NCBI GenBank assembly: GCA_964652295.1
Contig: CAZZCL010000005.1
Location: 1 to 48,493, forward strand
DNA: 48,493 nt
Direction of reading: 5' to 3'
DNA from: an uncultured Chthoniobacterales bacterium
GTDB taxonomy: Bacteria > Verrucomicrobiota > Verrucomicrobiia > Chthoniobacterales > CALDSX01
In this document: positions 27,989-37,415 of the stretch, piece after piece
Layout: each line of letters opens with the position of its first letter
How positions within the stretch are numbered: the first letter of the stretch is position 1
Notes under the pieces: model-generated
The model's input: only the letters and a program-made list of their open reading frames with translations
The model's database searches: none
Told to the model about the DNA's origin: nothing
Made by a program: the position numbers and the translations under genes

Positions 27989-28015
27989 TGCGTAAACACG
28001 ATTCTATACTGCGCA
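27989..28015. promoter_or_regulatory. Bipartite operator copy 4 (TGCGTA-N15-TGCGCA), upstream of rhaA
   Basis: About 120 bp upstream of the rhaA ATG; 21-bp period. Confidence 0.6.
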
Positions 28016-28131
28016 ACGCTGGCGTTGCACCATGTGTGCAGAATATGGAAGATTTCTACCCTTCATGATCCTCCGACGTGGCCCGGCCACATTGGATGCT
28101 CATGCAGCTTAGATTCAACCCCCATCCCCCA

Positions 28132-29388
28132 ATGAACACGAATGCACTCTATGGACTCGCACATGAACAATACGGCGAGCTGGGCGTCGACACCGAGGTC
28201 GCACTAAACACAATCGCCGCGACTTCGTTATCCCTGCACTGCTGGCAGGGCGATGATGTCGGAGGCTTCGAGACCGAGCACGGCCTGCTCTCCGGCGGTG
28301 GCATTCAGGCCACCGGCAATTATCCCGGCAAAGCGCGGACTTTGGACGAACTGCGCGCCGACCTCGACAAGGCACTTTCGCTCATCCCAGGGAAGCACCG
28401 CCTTAACCTCCATGCGTGTTATGCTGATCTCTCGGCCGGTCGGGTGGATCGCGATGCCTACACAGCAGCCCATTTTCAAAGCTGGATCGATTGGAGCAAA
28501 GCCCGCGGGCTGGGCATGGACTTCAACCCGAGCTATTTTTCCCATCCGCTCGCCGAGAGCGGTCTCACCCTCTCGCACGCCGATCCTGGAATCCGCGATT
28601 TCTGGATTAATCACGGCATCGCCTGCCGGAGGATCGGCGAGGAAATTGCCCGCCAGCTCAGCTCGCCTTGCGTGAACAATATCTGGATCCCCGACGGCTC
28701 CAAAGACCTTCCTTTTGACCGCAAGTCGCCCCGTGAGCGTTTGGCAGAGTCCTTGGACGCCATCCTCGCCGCGCCGGTGGATCGTGCCCTGAATTTGGAT
28801 GCGGTGGAGAGCAAGCTTTTTGGCATCGGTTCGGAAAGCTATGTCGTCGGCTCCCACGAATTCTATCTCGCCTACGCCGTGCGGCATCAGCTTCTCTACT
28901 GCCTGGATGCGGGCCATTTCCACCCGACCGAAAGTCTCGCGGACAAAATCTCCTCGTTGCTTCAGTTTGTGCCACGTCTGCTTCTACATGTCAGTCGGGG
29001 TGTGCGCTGGGACAGCGACCACGTCGTGCTTCTGGATGATCCAACCAAAGCGATCATGGAAGAGGTGGTTCGTGGCGGATTTCTTGGCCGCACGCACATC
29101 GGCCTCGATTTTTTCGATGCGAGCATCAACCGGATCGCCGCGTGGACGATTGGCACCCGGAGCACCCAGAAGGCGCTCTTGGCCGCATTACTGGAGCCGG
29201 CAACCCTTCTCCGGGAAGCGGAAGAGTCTGGCGACTTCACCCGCCGACTGGCTCTCCTCGAAGAAACAAAAACGCTGCCACTCGGTGCCGTTTGGCAGGA
29301 ACATTGCCGACGGCACGATGTGCCGGGCGACCATTCCTGGATCGAGGAAGTGCGAACGTATGAAAGAGATGTCCTTTCCCGGAGATAA
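28132..29388 (+). CDS. rhaA: L-rhamnose isomerase
   Basis: [82 protein letters not shown]. Confidence 0.97.
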   Translation: MNTNALYGLAHEQYGELGVDTEVALNTIAATSLSLHCWQGDDVGGFETEHGLLSGGGIQATGNYPGKARTLDELRADLDKALSLIPGKHRLNLHACYADLSAGRVDRDAYTAAHFQSWIDWSKARGLGMDFNPSYFSHPLAESGLTLSHADPGIRDFWINHGIACRRIGEEIARQLSSPCVNNIWIPDGSKDLPFDRKSPRERLAESLDAILAAPVDRALNLDAVESKLFGIGSESYVVGSHEFYLAYAVRHQLLYCLDAGHFHPTESLADKISSLLQFVPRLLLHVSRGVRWDSDHVVLLDDPTKAIMEEVVRGGFLGRTHIGLDFFDASINRIAAWTIGTRSTQKALLAALLEPATLLREAEESGDFTRRLALLEETKTLPLGAVWQEHCRRHDVPGDHSWIEEVRTYERDVLSRR

Positions 29389-29435
29389 ACAAAACGTCGG
29401 CCATCAATCACCACCACCCGTTTTCCTTTTTCCTC

Positions 29436-30635
29436 ATGAATCCCATCCTCGGCGTCCTTTTCCACTGGCTCGGCGGCTTTGCTTCCGGGAGTTTTTATGT
29501 CCCTTACAAAATGGTCAAAAAATGGTCCTGGGAGACCTACTGGCTGGTGGGTGGCGTCTTCTCCTGGATCATCTGCCCGTTGTTTTTCGCAGTCCTAATG
29601 ACCAACGACGTCTTCGGGGTCCTGGGCAAGCAGTCGGCATCGACCCTTGGCTGGAGCTACTTTTTCGGGGTTCTGTGGGGAATCGGCGGGCTGACTTTCG
29701 GGCTGACCATGCGCTACCTCGGGCTATCGCTGGGAATGGGGGTCGCCTTGGGGTTCTGCGCGGCATTCGGGACGCTGCTGCCTCCCATTTTCAAGCTGTT
29801 CATGCCGACCGTGCCGGTGCCGGAGGATATCGTCCAAATCGCCTACACGCTCCCCGGCCTGATCACCCTGGCGGGCGTCGGCGTCTGTCTGTTGGGCATT
29901 TTCATTGCGGCCCTCGCCGGGCTGACCAAGGAACGGGAGATGTCAGCGGCAGACAAACAAAAAACAATTGCCGAATTCAATTTCCCCAAGGGCATCATGA
30001 TTGCGATGTTTTCGGGCATCATGAGCGCGTGCTTCGCCTTCGCGCTGACAGCAGCGGCACCCATTGGCACGGTTTCCGCCGAGGCCGGCACTTCCGAGCT
30101 TTGGACCGGGCTGCCGAAGTTGGTGGTCGTCCTCTTGGGGGGCTTCACCACCAACTTCATTTGGTGTGCGGCCCTGAATATTCGCAATCGCACGGGCTAC
30201 CAATACCTGAGCAAAACCGTCCGGCCGGAACATGCGGGACTCACCGCATCCGGCGGGGAGCATGGTGATCCTGCCTCGGACCTTGTGAGCGAGGTGGCGG
30301 CAGATCATCCGGCAAAGATCGATCCCAAAGACTTCCGTGTCCCGAGGTTGGGTAACTACTTCTTCTCCGCACTGGCCGGGGCAACCTGGTATTTCCAATT
30401 CTTTTTTTACACGATGGGCGAGACGCAGATGGGCCAGTATGGGTTTGCCTCATGGACCCTGCACATGGCCAGCATCATCATCTTTAGCACGATGTGGGGA
30501 TGGATCCTGCACGAGTGGAAAGGGGCGAGTAAGAAAGCCCACCTGCTGATCGCTGTCGGCATCATCACGCTGATCCTCTCCACCATCATCATCGGCTACG
30601 GCACCTGGCTCAAGGGTGGCGGCCCGGCCCATTAA
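29436..30635 (+). CDS. rhaT: L-rhamnose:proton symporter
   Basis: GSFYVPYKMVKKWSWETYW, WGIGGLTFGLTMRYLGLSLG, WYFQFFFY.MG, SWTLHMASII; directly after rhaA. Confidence 0.93.
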   Translation: MNPILGVLFHWLGGFASGSFYVPYKMVKKWSWETYWLVGGVFSWIICPLFFAVLMTNDVFGVLGKQSASTLGWSYFFGVLWGIGGLTFGLTMRYLGLSLGMGVALGFCAAFGTLLPPIFKLFMPTVPVPEDIVQIAYTLPGLITLAGVGVCLLGIFIAALAGLTKEREMSAADKQKTIAEFNFPKGIMIAMFSGIMSACFAFALTAAAPIGTVSAEAGTSELWTGLPKLVVVLLGGFTTNFIWCAALNIRNRTGYQYLSKTVRPEHAGLTASGGEHGDPASDLVSEVAADHPAKIDPKDFRVPRLGNYFFSALAGATWYFQFFFYTMGETQMGQYGFASWTLHMASIIIFSTMWGWILHEWKGASKKAHLLIAVGIITLILSTIIIGYGTWLKGGGPAH

Positions 30636-30656
30636 GAAGCGGCGATTTCATCGCAA

Positions 30657-31757
30657 ATGAAAGCAACGCTCACGGCTTCTTCGAAACTGACAAGAATAAA
30701 ATTCACCACGAGCTTAACACTTCTCTGCATCGCGGTCTTGGGGGAGGGTATCGCCGCATCAGCAGCCGACCCCAGCGATGGTTCCCTCGGGGTCGGAGAT
30801 CCTGCTCCAGCGCTCCAGGCGGGGGAATGGATTCAAGGCGAACCGGTCACGGAGTTTGCCCCGGACAAGCCGTATCTCATCGAATTCTGGGCGACATGGT
30901 GCGGGCCGTGCGTTGAATCCATCCCCCACCTCAATGAAATCGCTGCTGCGTATGACGACAAAGGCTTGGTGGTCATCGGCCAGAATATTTCGGAACCGGA
31001 TGAAAGCAGGGTCAAACCTTTCGTCGAGAAAATGGGCGACAAAATGACCTACCGCGTGGCCTTGGACGACAAGTCGCAGATGGAGAAAGGCGCGATGGCT
31101 GCAACGTGGTTGAAAGCCTCGGGGGTAGGTGGAATTCCCGTCGCATTCCTTGTAGGAAAGGATGGAAAGATCGCTTGGATCGGCCATCCGATGGCGCTGG
31201 AATCGTCAGTCATCAATCAGGTTCTGGCCGGAACCTTTGACCTCAAAAAGGCAGTCTCTGATTCCCAGGAGACACGCGAGGCATTGAGGCTGGGCGATGA
31301 AATCGAACTTCTCTATCGTGCCGGAAGATGGGATGAGGCTGAAGCGGCTCTGAATCAGGCCGCCAAGCTCTTTTCCCCGGAACCGCCAGACATTGCCCGG
31401 CTCAGAGCAAGAATCGGATTTCAGCAGTTGGCGGTGCAGTTGGATCAGCAGATCAACGCAAAAGCCTGGGATAAGGCGGGCGCCACAGTGCAGAACATTT
31501 CCGAGCTTGCCCTCCAGGATAGCCTGCCCGATGAAGCGAAAGTTGATATCAAGACGATGGCTCTGAAAGTGCGCCTCATGAGTTCTTTGGGACGGGGGGA
31601 TTGGGAAGCGGCCACGATGCACGCGAAGCAGCTCCCGCAAGCCGATGCCATCGAGACGGTTCAGGAGGCAATTTCTCGCTCGGACGATGAGGCGACCTCA
31701 CAGACGCTGAGACACATTCTGGAACGCTTGCAGTCTGGTAGCCCTCGACAAAAATAA
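30657..31757 (+). CDS. TlpA/redoxin-family thiol-disulfide oxidoreductase with helical (TPR-like) C-terminus, exported
   Basis: N-terminal signal/TM segment; LGVGDPAP, IEFWATWCGPCVESIPHL, GIPVAFLVGKDGKIAWIGHP. Confidence 0.85.
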   Translation: MKATLTASSKLTRIKFTTSLTLLCIAVLGEGIAASAADPSDGSLGVGDPAPALQAGEWIQGEPVTEFAPDKPYLIEFWATWCGPCVESIPHLNEIAAAYDDKGLVVIGQNISEPDESRVKPFVEKMGDKMTYRVALDDKSQMEKGAMAATWLKASGVGGIPVAFLVGKDGKIAWIGHPMALESSVINQVLAGTFDLKKAVSDSQETREALRLGDEIELLYRAGRWDEAEAALNQAAKLFSPEPPDIARLRARIGFQQLAVQLDQQINAKAWDKAGATVQNISELALQDSLPDEAKVDIKTMALKVRLMSSLGRGDWEAATMHAKQLPQADAIETVQEAISRSDDEATSQTLRHILERLQSGSPRQK

Positions 31758-31877
31758 TCGAATCGAGTGCCCTGTTAGGAACAATGGAAAGGAATCTTGG
31801 TTGGAATGGCAACCATGGGTTGATCTGCGATAATGGTTGCGGCGGGCTTTTTGTGTGCCCGTCGCATCGCGTCAGGA

Positions 31878-32273
31878 TCAATACCGCTCTACCTGCAATT
31901 CGGGAACTTTTCCGAACTCATCAATGTTTCTGGTTACCAAAGCCACGCGGCATTGGAGGGCAGCAACCGCGATCCAAAGGTCATGCGGGCCGATCAATGC
32001 ATTGCGCTGTCTGAGCACGGCGAAGAGATTCGCATAGATTTCCAGCGATTCCTCGTTCGGCCATATCGTGGGATAGCGAGTCAAAAATACCCGGACTTCA
32101 TGGAGATCATGTCCAGCGACGGCGGCCCCCCTCAAAAACTCGGCTTTCACAATCCATGGAATCCCGAGCGACAACTCCGGATGGGCAAGCAGCCAGGCTG
32201 CCGCTGGAGATTTCTTCCCTTTCCTCCAACGGGAAATCAAAAAATTGGTATCGATGACGCGGTCAACGTTCAC
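31878..32273 (-). CDS. vapC: VapC-type PIN-domain toxin
   Basis: VIDTNFLI, KAEFLRG, IGPHDLWIAVAAL, LVTRNIDEFGKVPELQVERY; probable GTG start at 32273. Confidence 0.88.
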   Translation of the reverse strand: MNVDRVIDTNFLISRWRKGKKSPAAAWLLAHPELSLGIPWIVKAEFLRGAAVAGHDLHEVRVFLTRYPTIWPNEESLEIYANLFAVLRQRNALIGPHDLWIAVAALQCRVALVTRNIDEFGKVPELQVERY

Positions 32274-32289
32274 GATGCACAAGCCCGGC

Positions 32290-32532
32290 TTATTGGGAGC
32301 CCCACGTGTTTTTGTCAGTGCCCCACTGATTGGACCATTCAAGGGCAGCAATGACCGCTGTTGCTTCTGGTTCAGAGAGCGGCTTGAGATGCGCAAAAGC
32401 CTCCTCCATGTCAGCAGCAGTCCCTTTTTTGGGAACCACATTCATCACCACTTTGGAAAAGGAATCCAAGTCACCGGACTTCCACGATTTCAACCTTTCA
32501 TAGGCCTCATCATTCAGGGTGATCGTTTTCAT
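32290..32532 (-). CDS. vapB: VapB-type antitoxin (MKTITL..EAYERLK..K...SFSKVV family)
   Basis: MKTITLNDEAYERLKSWKSGDLDSFSKVV; directly upstream of the PIN toxin. Confidence 0.8.
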   Translation of the reverse strand: MKTITLNDEAYERLKSWKSGDLDSFSKVVMNVVPKKGTAADMEEAFAHLKPLSEPEATAVIAALEWSNQWGTDKNTWGSQ

Positions 32533-32621
32533 GTGCCAATGTTGCACGAGAACACGAATCATGTCAAACTGAGCTTCTTTGATAGTTCACGGAGACCGCC
32601 TCAACCGGCCGTGAGCCTTTG

Positions 32622-32648
32622 TGCGCAATACGAATCTTAAATCACGCA
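32622..32648. promoter_or_regulatory. Bipartite operator copy 5 (TGCGCA-N15-CACGCA)
   Basis: About 85 bp upstream of the GH106 operon; 21-bp period. Confidence 0.55.
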
Positions 32649-32731
32649 CTTTCTTGGTTGTTGATCGCACCGAATAAAGCGACACTTGATTTCCCCGTGA
32701 AAAGAAAATCTCCCCTAACTTCTCCTATTTC

Positions 32732-35700
32732 GTGATACTTCAATGTTTGCAGAATAGAAAATCGTTGCCAGTGCCTGTTCGGATTCTGAGAGCGCTTTTG
32801 TTGGCTGCGCTTTGGGTATTCGTTGCCGGTACGGCAGGGGCCGATGATCTTCAGCGCGATTTTCTTTCTCCGCCCGAGTCCACCAAGCCTGGCTGTTATT
32901 GGTATTGGCTGGACGGGCATTATTCCAAGGAGGGCTTGACGAAGGATCTCGAGCAAATGCAGGCGATCGGGATCGGGCGGGCCTACATCGGACTCATCAC
33001 GTTCATGAGCCGGCTCCCGTTGAATTCCGAACTCAAACCTTGGAGTAATGAATGGTGGAGCCATATCGAGCATGGGGTAAAGGAAGGCGGACGATTGGGG
33101 ATCGACATCGGCCTCTTCAATTCCCCGGGGTGGAGTATGTCCGGCGGGCCATGGGTGGAGCCTGCGCAGGCCATGAGGTATCTCGTGAGAACGGAGTTGC
33201 GGCTGAAGGGTCCACAAACGTTCTCCGGGCCTCTTGCGGTGCCGGGCGACATTGGGGACTTTCAAGAGGTCGCTGTCTTGGCTTACCCGGCCCCGGGTGC
33301 TGGAGGGGAAATCGTTTTCCAGAGCAACCAAAGCGTGGAGATGATTGCGCTGGATGCCGACCAGCCTTTCACCGCCCGCGGTCTGGTCATCCAACCCGCC
33401 AAGGCGGTCAATCACGTGGAGGTCGAATTGCAGGCCTCCGAGGATGGTCAGGAGTTTCGCCCGGTCAAAACGTTTGAGGTGAAGCGGAGTCTCCTCAATG
33501 CCAACGTGGGTCCCGTGCCTTTGGCTCCGATCAGTGTCTCCTTTCCGGCAAGCACTGCCCGTCACTTTCGCCTCGTGCTCAAGAAACCCTCGGAGTTGGG
33601 AGAAATTCGCCTCCTTTCCGCGCCTGTTGTCGAGGACTTTGCCGGCAAGGCATTATTAAAAATGTTCCAGGGCACCAAGCCTCCATTCAATTTCTACGTT
33701 TGGCCCGATCAGGATGAACTGGAGGATCCATCGCTTGCGATTGCACCGAAGGAGGTGATCAATCTCAGCAAAAAGATGGATGCCAATGGGACTTTGACCT
33801 GGGATGTGCCGCCGGGTGAATGGATCGTCGCCCGATTCGGCACCCTGCCCACCGGGGTCAAAAACGCCCCAGCCTGCCGCGACACCACCGGGCTGGAAAT
33901 CGATAAAATGAGCCAGGAAGCGGTCCGTCATCACTTTGACAGCTATGCGGGCAAACTGCTCGAGCGTCTCCCGGAGAATGATCGCAAGGCCTTGAAATTC
34001 TTGGTGGCCGATAGTTACGAAGTTGGCCCCCAGAACTGGACTGACGGATTCGAAGCAGAATTTCAGAAGACCTACGGCTACGATCCTCTCCCGTTCCTGC
34101 CTGCGATTTACGGAACCCTGGTCGGAAGTGCCGAGCAATCGAACCGCTTTCTCTGGGATTTGAGGCGGTTCGTTGCGGACCGGATCGCGACCGAATATGT
34201 AGGTGGTCTTCGCGAAGTCGCTCAAGAAAATGGGATGAAGGTCTGGCTGGAAAACTTCGGGCATTGGGGATTCCCAGGCGAGTTTTTGAATTACGGAGGA
34301 CAGACCGAGGAAATTGGCGCCGAATTCTGGATCGACGATGGTGACAAAAAGGGAATCGTCGAGGTGCCGGCCGCTGCGTCGGCAGCACATATTTACGGAA
34401 AGCCGGTGGTTTGGGCTGAGGCGTTCACCAGCCCCAGGCAGACCTACGAACATTCCCCTCGGGACTTCAAAAAACTCGGCGACTGGGCCTATGCCAATGG
34501 GATCAATCAATTCATTCTCCACGTGAATATCCATCAGCCGTGGGAGGACCGACTGCCCGGCATCAATGCCTCGTTCGGATCGGCCTTCAATCGCCATAAC
34601 ACATGGTATGGCATGGCAAAGTCCTGGATTGATTATCAGCGTCGCAGCAGCGTCCTCCTGCAGCATGGCACCCATGTGGCCGATGTGGCCTACTACATCG
34701 GTGAGGACACTCCGAAAATGGCCGGTTCTCAAAGTCCGCCACTCCCCGCCGGTTATGCTTCCGATTTCATCAATGCCGAAGTGCTGCTCACTCGCGCCGA
34801 GGTCAAAGACAAGAAACTCGTTCTGCCCGGTGGCAAATCCTATCGTCTGCTTGTCCTGCCTCCGTCGGAGCCCATGCGTCTCGAAGTCCTGGAACGGATC
34901 GTCGGCTTTGTCGAGGCAGGACTGCCCGTCTTTGGGCCTCTGCCGAAGCGTTCGCCGAGCTTGGAAAACTATCCGGCCAGCGATGAGAGGGTCCGCGAGT
35001 TGGCAACCAAAATCGAAGACCGGGTTCTCTCCGGTAAGGATTTGAAGCAAGCGTTGGCGAGCGTGCCGCCGGACGTGTCTGGGCTCAACCCGAAGGAGAT
35101 TCTTTACCTTCATCGCCAGAGTCCCGATACGGACCTCTACTTTCTTTCCAACCAGACCGACAAACCGCAAACCATCACGCCGGTTTTCCGGGCGCAACGG
35201 CCGATTGTGGAACTTTGGCACGCAGACCTCGGGAAGATCCAATCGATCACTGGCGAATCCGTGGATTCAGGCACCAAAGTTCCCATAACTCTCGAACCTC
35301 ATGGTTCCATCTTCGTTGTTTTTCGCGATCAACCCACTCCGGGGGCCGTCAAGGCCGTGGCCGAAAAGGCAGAAAACCTGGAACCGATCCAGGAGATCAC
35401 CGGTCCGTGGAACGTGACCTTTGATCCAAAATCGGGCGGTCCTCAGAAAGTAATTGCCTTCGACACGCTGAAGGATTGGTCTAAAGACCCCGACCCTTCT
35501 GTCCAATTTTTTGCAGGCACCGCGACGTATCGCAGGGAATTCACCTTTGACGGAAATGCGAATCACTCAGCTGACGGGCGTGTTGTTTTGGACCTTGGGC
35601 AAGTTGAGGAGATCGCCGAAGTGACATTGAATGGCCAAACGTTTCCGGAGCTGTGGAAGCCACCCTATCGCGTGGACGTGACCGATGCCGTGCGCCAAGG

Positions 35701-35920
35701 AAGCAACACACTCGAAATCACGGTTGCCAATACGTGGTGGAATCGACTTGTGGGCGCCAAACGCGGCATCAAAGGCATCGAAGGGCCCGAACCTTTTGTC
35801 AGCAACTTCAGCGACAAACTTTTCGAACGACACCTGAGTGGCGAGAGCGAACTGCTGCCGGCTGGTCTGCTCGGCCAGGTGCGGATTATGACCACTGAAA
35901 ATAGCGAGGCAAAGCCATGA
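32732..35920 (+). CDS. Alpha-L-rhamnosidase, GH106, secreted
   Basis: Signal peptide; FLSPPESTKPGCYWYW, NSPGWSMSGGPWV, GLEIDKMS, ADSYEVG, WAEAFT, C-terminal ITVANTWWNRLVG and PAGLLGQVR. Confidence 0.9.
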   Translation: MILQCLQNRKSLPVPVRILRALLLAALWVFVAGTAGADDLQRDFLSPPESTKPGCYWYWLDGHYSKEGLTKDLEQMQAIGIGRAYIGLITFMSRLPLNSELKPWSNEWWSHIEHGVKEGGRLGIDIGLFNSPGWSMSGGPWVEPAQAMRYLVRTELRLKGPQTFSGPLAVPGDIGDFQEVAVLAYPAPGAGGEIVFQSNQSVEMIALDADQPFTARGLVIQPAKAVNHVEVELQASEDGQEFRPVKTFEVKRSLLNANVGPVPLAPISVSFPASTARHFRLVLKKPSELGEIRLLSAPVVEDFAGKALLKMFQGTKPPFNFYVWPDQDELEDPSLAIAPKEVINLSKKMDANGTLTWDVPPGEWIVARFGTLPTGVKNAPACRDTTGLEIDKMSQEAVRHHFDSYAGKLLERLPENDRKALKFLVADSYEVGPQNWTDGFEAEFQKTYGYDPLPFLPAIYGTLVGSAEQSNRFLWDLRRFVADRIATEYVGGLREVAQENGMKVWLENFGHWGFPGEFLNYGGQTEEIGAEFWIDDGDKKGIVEVPAAASAAHIYGKPVVWAEAFTSPRQTYEHSPRDFKKLGDWAYANGINQFILHVNIHQPWEDRLPGINASFGSAFNRHNTWYGMAKSWIDYQRRSSVLLQHGTHVADVAYYIGEDTPKMAGSQSPPLPAGYASDFINAEVLLTRAEVKDKKLVLPGGKSYRLLVLPPSEPMRLEVLERIVGFVEAGLPVFGPLPKRSPSLENYPASDERVRELATKIEDRVLSGKDLKQALASVPPDVSGLNPKEILYLHRQSPDTDLYFLSNQTDKPQTITPVFRAQRPIVELWHADLGKIQSITGESVDSGTKVPITLEPHGSIFVVFRDQPTPGAVKAVAEKAENLEPIQEITGPWNVTFDPKSGGPQKVIAFDTLKDWSKDPDPSVQFFAGTATYRREFTFDGNANHSADGRVVLDLGQVEEIAEVTLNGQTFPELWKPPYRVDVTDAVRQGSNTLEITVANTWWNRLVGAKRGIKGIEGPEPFVSNFSDKLFERHLSGESELLPAGLLGQVRIMTTENSEAKP

Positions 35921-37329
35921 ATGGAAATTATATAAAGATTACAAATATCATCGTTCTGACCATATGGTGCGTGGCCACGTCGGTCACGGCGGCTGCTGAA
36001 GGGAATCTTCCGGCGATTCCAGAGGTTCCGGGCCCGGAGGTGGAAAGAAGCAAGGTCGAGGCTGAGTATCTGGCCAAAGCCAGGCAGGGGGCGGAGGAGC
36101 ACCGGAAGGCGGATGCGACCTTCATCTTTGTGGATGCGCAAGGCCAACCATTGGCCGGGGTTCCGGTGCGGATTCGCCAGACGAAGCTTGAATTCCTCTT
36201 CGGCTGCATTGCCTTCGACCTCCCCCGCAGCAGCGAAAAGGAACGTTGGAAAGAGCGCTTCGGCAGGCTTTTCAACTTCGCAATTCTGCCATTCTATTGG
36301 GCTAATTACGAGAAGACGCAGGGAGATCCACAGCATGAATCGCTGACCCAAACGCTCGACTGGTGCAGAGAACGGGGGATCACAACGAAGGGGCATCCTT
36401 TGGTGTGGCAATGCCACCCGGCCGGACAACCCTCATGGCTGACCCAGGCGTCCCGGACCGAGGTGGATATGATAACCGGCGAGCAGAGGGAGGTGGTCAC
36501 CACCGCGCCGAGATACTCAAAGGAGGAGGTCGAGCAAATGCAGTTTGATCGCGTTAGACGGGAACTAAGCCACTTCGCAGGGCGAATTGACATCTGGGAT
36601 GTTTACAATGAAGCCGCCTGGTGGCTGCGCGCGGGCGCGCCGGGGAAGGCTGATTTCTGCGAGAAAGCATTTCGCGCCGCGCGGGAAGCCAATCCCCAGG
36701 CCACGCTCATCCTCAACGATGAAGGCATGTATGAGGACAAAGCTCGAAGGGATGGCCTATATCAGCTCGTATCGCGCCTGCAACAACGTGGTGCGCCAAT
36801 AGACGCCGTCGGGTTCCAGTCCCACGCCCCCAAGGAAGTCTGGTGGATGCCCGAGCGCGTCGTTAAGACCCTGGACCTTTTCAAGGAACTGGATTTGCCC
36901 ATCCACATCACGGAAGTCATTGCGGTGTCCAACGGCGAGCCGATCAAAGGCGGTTGGCGCGAGGGAAATTGGACTGAGGAGGCGCAGGCCGATTTTGCCG
37001 AGTTCTATTACCGCATTTGGTTTGGCCACCCGTCTGTGGCCTCAATCAATTGGTGGGGATTGAGTGATCGGGATATCTGGAAGCCAAAGGGCGGCCTGAT
37101 TGACGAGCAATACAACCCGAAACCGGTCTATGACCGCCTTGATCAACTGATTAACCAGGAATGGAAGACAAACGTGGACCTCGAAACCGATGAACAGGGG
37201 CGAGTGACTTTCCGCGGGTTCCATGGTGAGTATGAGATATCCATACCGATGCCGGACGGACGCACGGACACCCGTCAGGCCATCATTACCCGGAACGGGG
37301 ATAATCAAAAGAGATTCACGGTCAATTAG
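35917..37329 (+). CDS. GH10 endo-xylanase-like glycoside hydrolase, secreted
   Basis: KGHPLVW, WDVYNE (acid/base), IDAVGFQSH, PIHITE (nucleophile); ATGA overlap with GH106. Confidence 0.85.
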   Translation: MNGNYIKITNIIVLTIWCVATSVTAAAEGNLPAIPEVPGPEVERSKVEAEYLAKARQGAEEHRKADATFIFVDAQGQPLAGVPVRIRQTKLEFLFGCIAFDLPRSSEKERWKERFGRLFNFAILPFYWANYEKTQGDPQHESLTQTLDWCRERGITTKGHPLVWQCHPAGQPSWLTQASRTEVDMITGEQREVVTTAPRYSKEEVEQMQFDRVRRELSHFAGRIDIWDVYNEAAWWLRAGAPGKADFCEKAFRAAREANPQATLILNDEGMYEDKARRDGLYQLVSRLQQRGAPIDAVGFQSHAPKEVWWMPERVVKTLDLFKELDLPIHITEVIAVSNGEPIKGGWREGNWTEEAQADFAEFYYRIWFGHPSVASINWWGLSDRDIWKPKGGLIDEQYNPKPVYDRLDQLINQEWKTNVDLETDEQGRVTFRGFHGEYEISIPMPDGRTDTRQAIITRNGDNQKRFTVN

Positions 37330-37415
37330 GTTGGTTAAATCAGAATCGCGAAATCGAATCCATGAACACCGATATAGATCTATAGACAATGTTAATGACA
37401 AAGAGTGATAAAAGT

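Noticed and set aside
28799-30268. 489-aa alternative-frame ORF over rhaA/rhaT
   Set aside because: Overlaps two well-supported genes, is Arg/Pro-rich and has no motifs; a GC-rich shadow frame.
33656-35242. 528-aa antisense ORF (likewise 4670..5833, 37503..38786, 46552..47784)
   Set aside because: Antisense shadows of clear genes, expected from codon bias in GC-rich DNA.
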